DNA of 64,000 bases. Origin: Octopus sinensis (lineage: Eukaryota). The position numbers and the translations under genes are program-made. Positions 62,392 to 64,000 of this stretch are shown here, one piece after another. Under the pieces are notes generated by a model, which had not been told where the DNA came from, did not search any database, and worked only from the letters and a program-made list of their open reading frames with translations. The first letter of the stretch is position 1. Every line of letters begins with the position of its first letter. Where the stretch lies: the NCBI RefSeq assembly GCF_006345805.1, contig NC_042998.1:120714001-120778000 (forward strand), written 5' to 3'.

Positions 62392-64000
62392 GTAAGTATC
62401 TTTAAATTCTTTTATCTAGCCTTTACAATGATGTTGTATGAATACTTAAGTTTGCTTTACAATCTTGATACCTGAAATTTTCTCCTACTACAGCTTTGTG
62501 TTAAACCAAACATAGACTATGTAGCTGGAACTATTTTGAAGCCTGCTAGATGGATTGTACTTGAAATTCAAAGGGCTAGTTTTGTCAGATGTTGTATGAA
62601 AATTACATTAAGTGTACAAGTATTTGTGGAAAACTCATCTGTTTATACTACAGTTCACTGAACAGATACTTCCATTGATTGAACTAAACTACACCTTGTC
62701 AAAACTGAGATGTTATTCAGATTAGTATAAAATGAAGTTTACTGAATTTATTCGCTCAGGTTTCTGTATATATCCCAAGTCAGTCCCTGCATTGATTTGA
62801 TTATTGACTTGTAGGTAGTGAGTCATATGACTGCCTTCATGGTTGGTTAAATATGTACTGGTCATTCACTTACTAGCAAGAGAAAACTTTTGAGTTCTTT
62901 CCAATAGCATATTGATCAGCTTTATCACTTAGGATTTATTCAGTTAGCATTTAAGTTCTTTAATTCTTGGAATTTACTTTCGACTGACATAATCACTTAT
63001 AGATTTGGCACATGAAGATAATTTGGAAAGTTTTTTTGTTTAAGGAGAAAAGTCTTTTGTCACATGATTTCTCCAATAGTGCTTATTTTATTGATTTGGG
63101 GAAGATGTTAATTTTGGTCTATCATAGGGCTAAGCTGCTAAAATGGTTAGTCCATTAATGACCCCAATATAACAATTTCACTAGTGAGTTACCATTTTTA
63201 TGATTTGGTGTTAACATAACACTGATGTGATTGTCTTTATTTCACTTTTACTGTTCTGATAATAGAGCAGACTTGTAATACAAGACATGCTTGTTGTAAC
63301 CATCTCATTTTATTTTATTTTTTAGACATTAGGATAATGTCCTAAATGTGCTATGTATACTTCCTTTTTTAAGATGGCCGTATGTGATATGAGATTTGGT
63401 TGTTATTTCTCACATATTAAGCAACAAGTAACATCTCTTTTATTAGCACTGCTTCTGTAAGGGGTGTTGGACAAAATGCTTTCAGATATTTAGTTATCTT
63501 TGTTTTCAGTTGAAATCCTCCCCAATTTGACTTTGCCTTTCATCTTCTCAATGTCAATAAAATATATTCCACTCATGTAATGAGTTGTCAATTAAACTGA
63601 ATAGCTCCCCAACCTCTGTGTCACTGCCTGAAAAATCAATATTAGTCTGTGCTGCAGTTATTGCTATTAGCCTGCTTGTTAAGGGAAAGCAGTGAATGTT
63701 TTATACTATTTCTCATGTAATATTGTGGGATGCCTCTGATCACTTAATCTGCTAGAAATAGCAGCCAAATCTAACTTCTTGCCATATGCAGTCTTAAAAA
63801 GGAAAGATAAAGTAGGTAATCTAGTCTTAGAAACACTAATATGTGAATAAGACAATGGTCATGGCTTGTCAACAACGATTCTAGATAAACTGGATCAATA
63901 AATACCTTGTAATAAACACTAAACTAAATGAGCATTTTCTCTGACTTGTTGTTTATAGCTTTTCCTTCTTTGTCAAATTGGAGGCAAGATCTTTTTTCTA

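Overview
AT-rich, intron-scale animal DNA dense in microsatellites and transposon debris. The SINE families look like octopod cephalopod (Octopus-type) repeats; this is recognition from memory, not a database match. Nearly all listed six-frame ORFs are microsatellite artefacts or decayed TE frames. Recognisable TE remnants: mariner/Tc1, Chapaev3, piggyBac, hAT (Buster-like and a second hAT-like), Helitron (Rep/PIF1 plus several non-autonomous copies), L1/Tx1 and RTE LINEs, tRNA-derived SINEs, and at least five Penelope-like element (PLE) ORF remnants. The only host-gene evidence is at the right end: a CpG-retaining zone (~57-62 kb) with opposed splice donors, a clean ATG-containing plus-strand exon (62310-62391), and a tentative small-intron minus-strand gene. 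The main discovery is a set of type I hammerhead ribozyme (HHR) motifs from several unrelated short repeat families, often in head-to-head palindromes. They include four copies of a G3:C8 core-swapped variant, a tRNA-promoter + HHR retrozyme-like module, and a fully canonical GUC hammerhead inside a hairpin in a putative intron.
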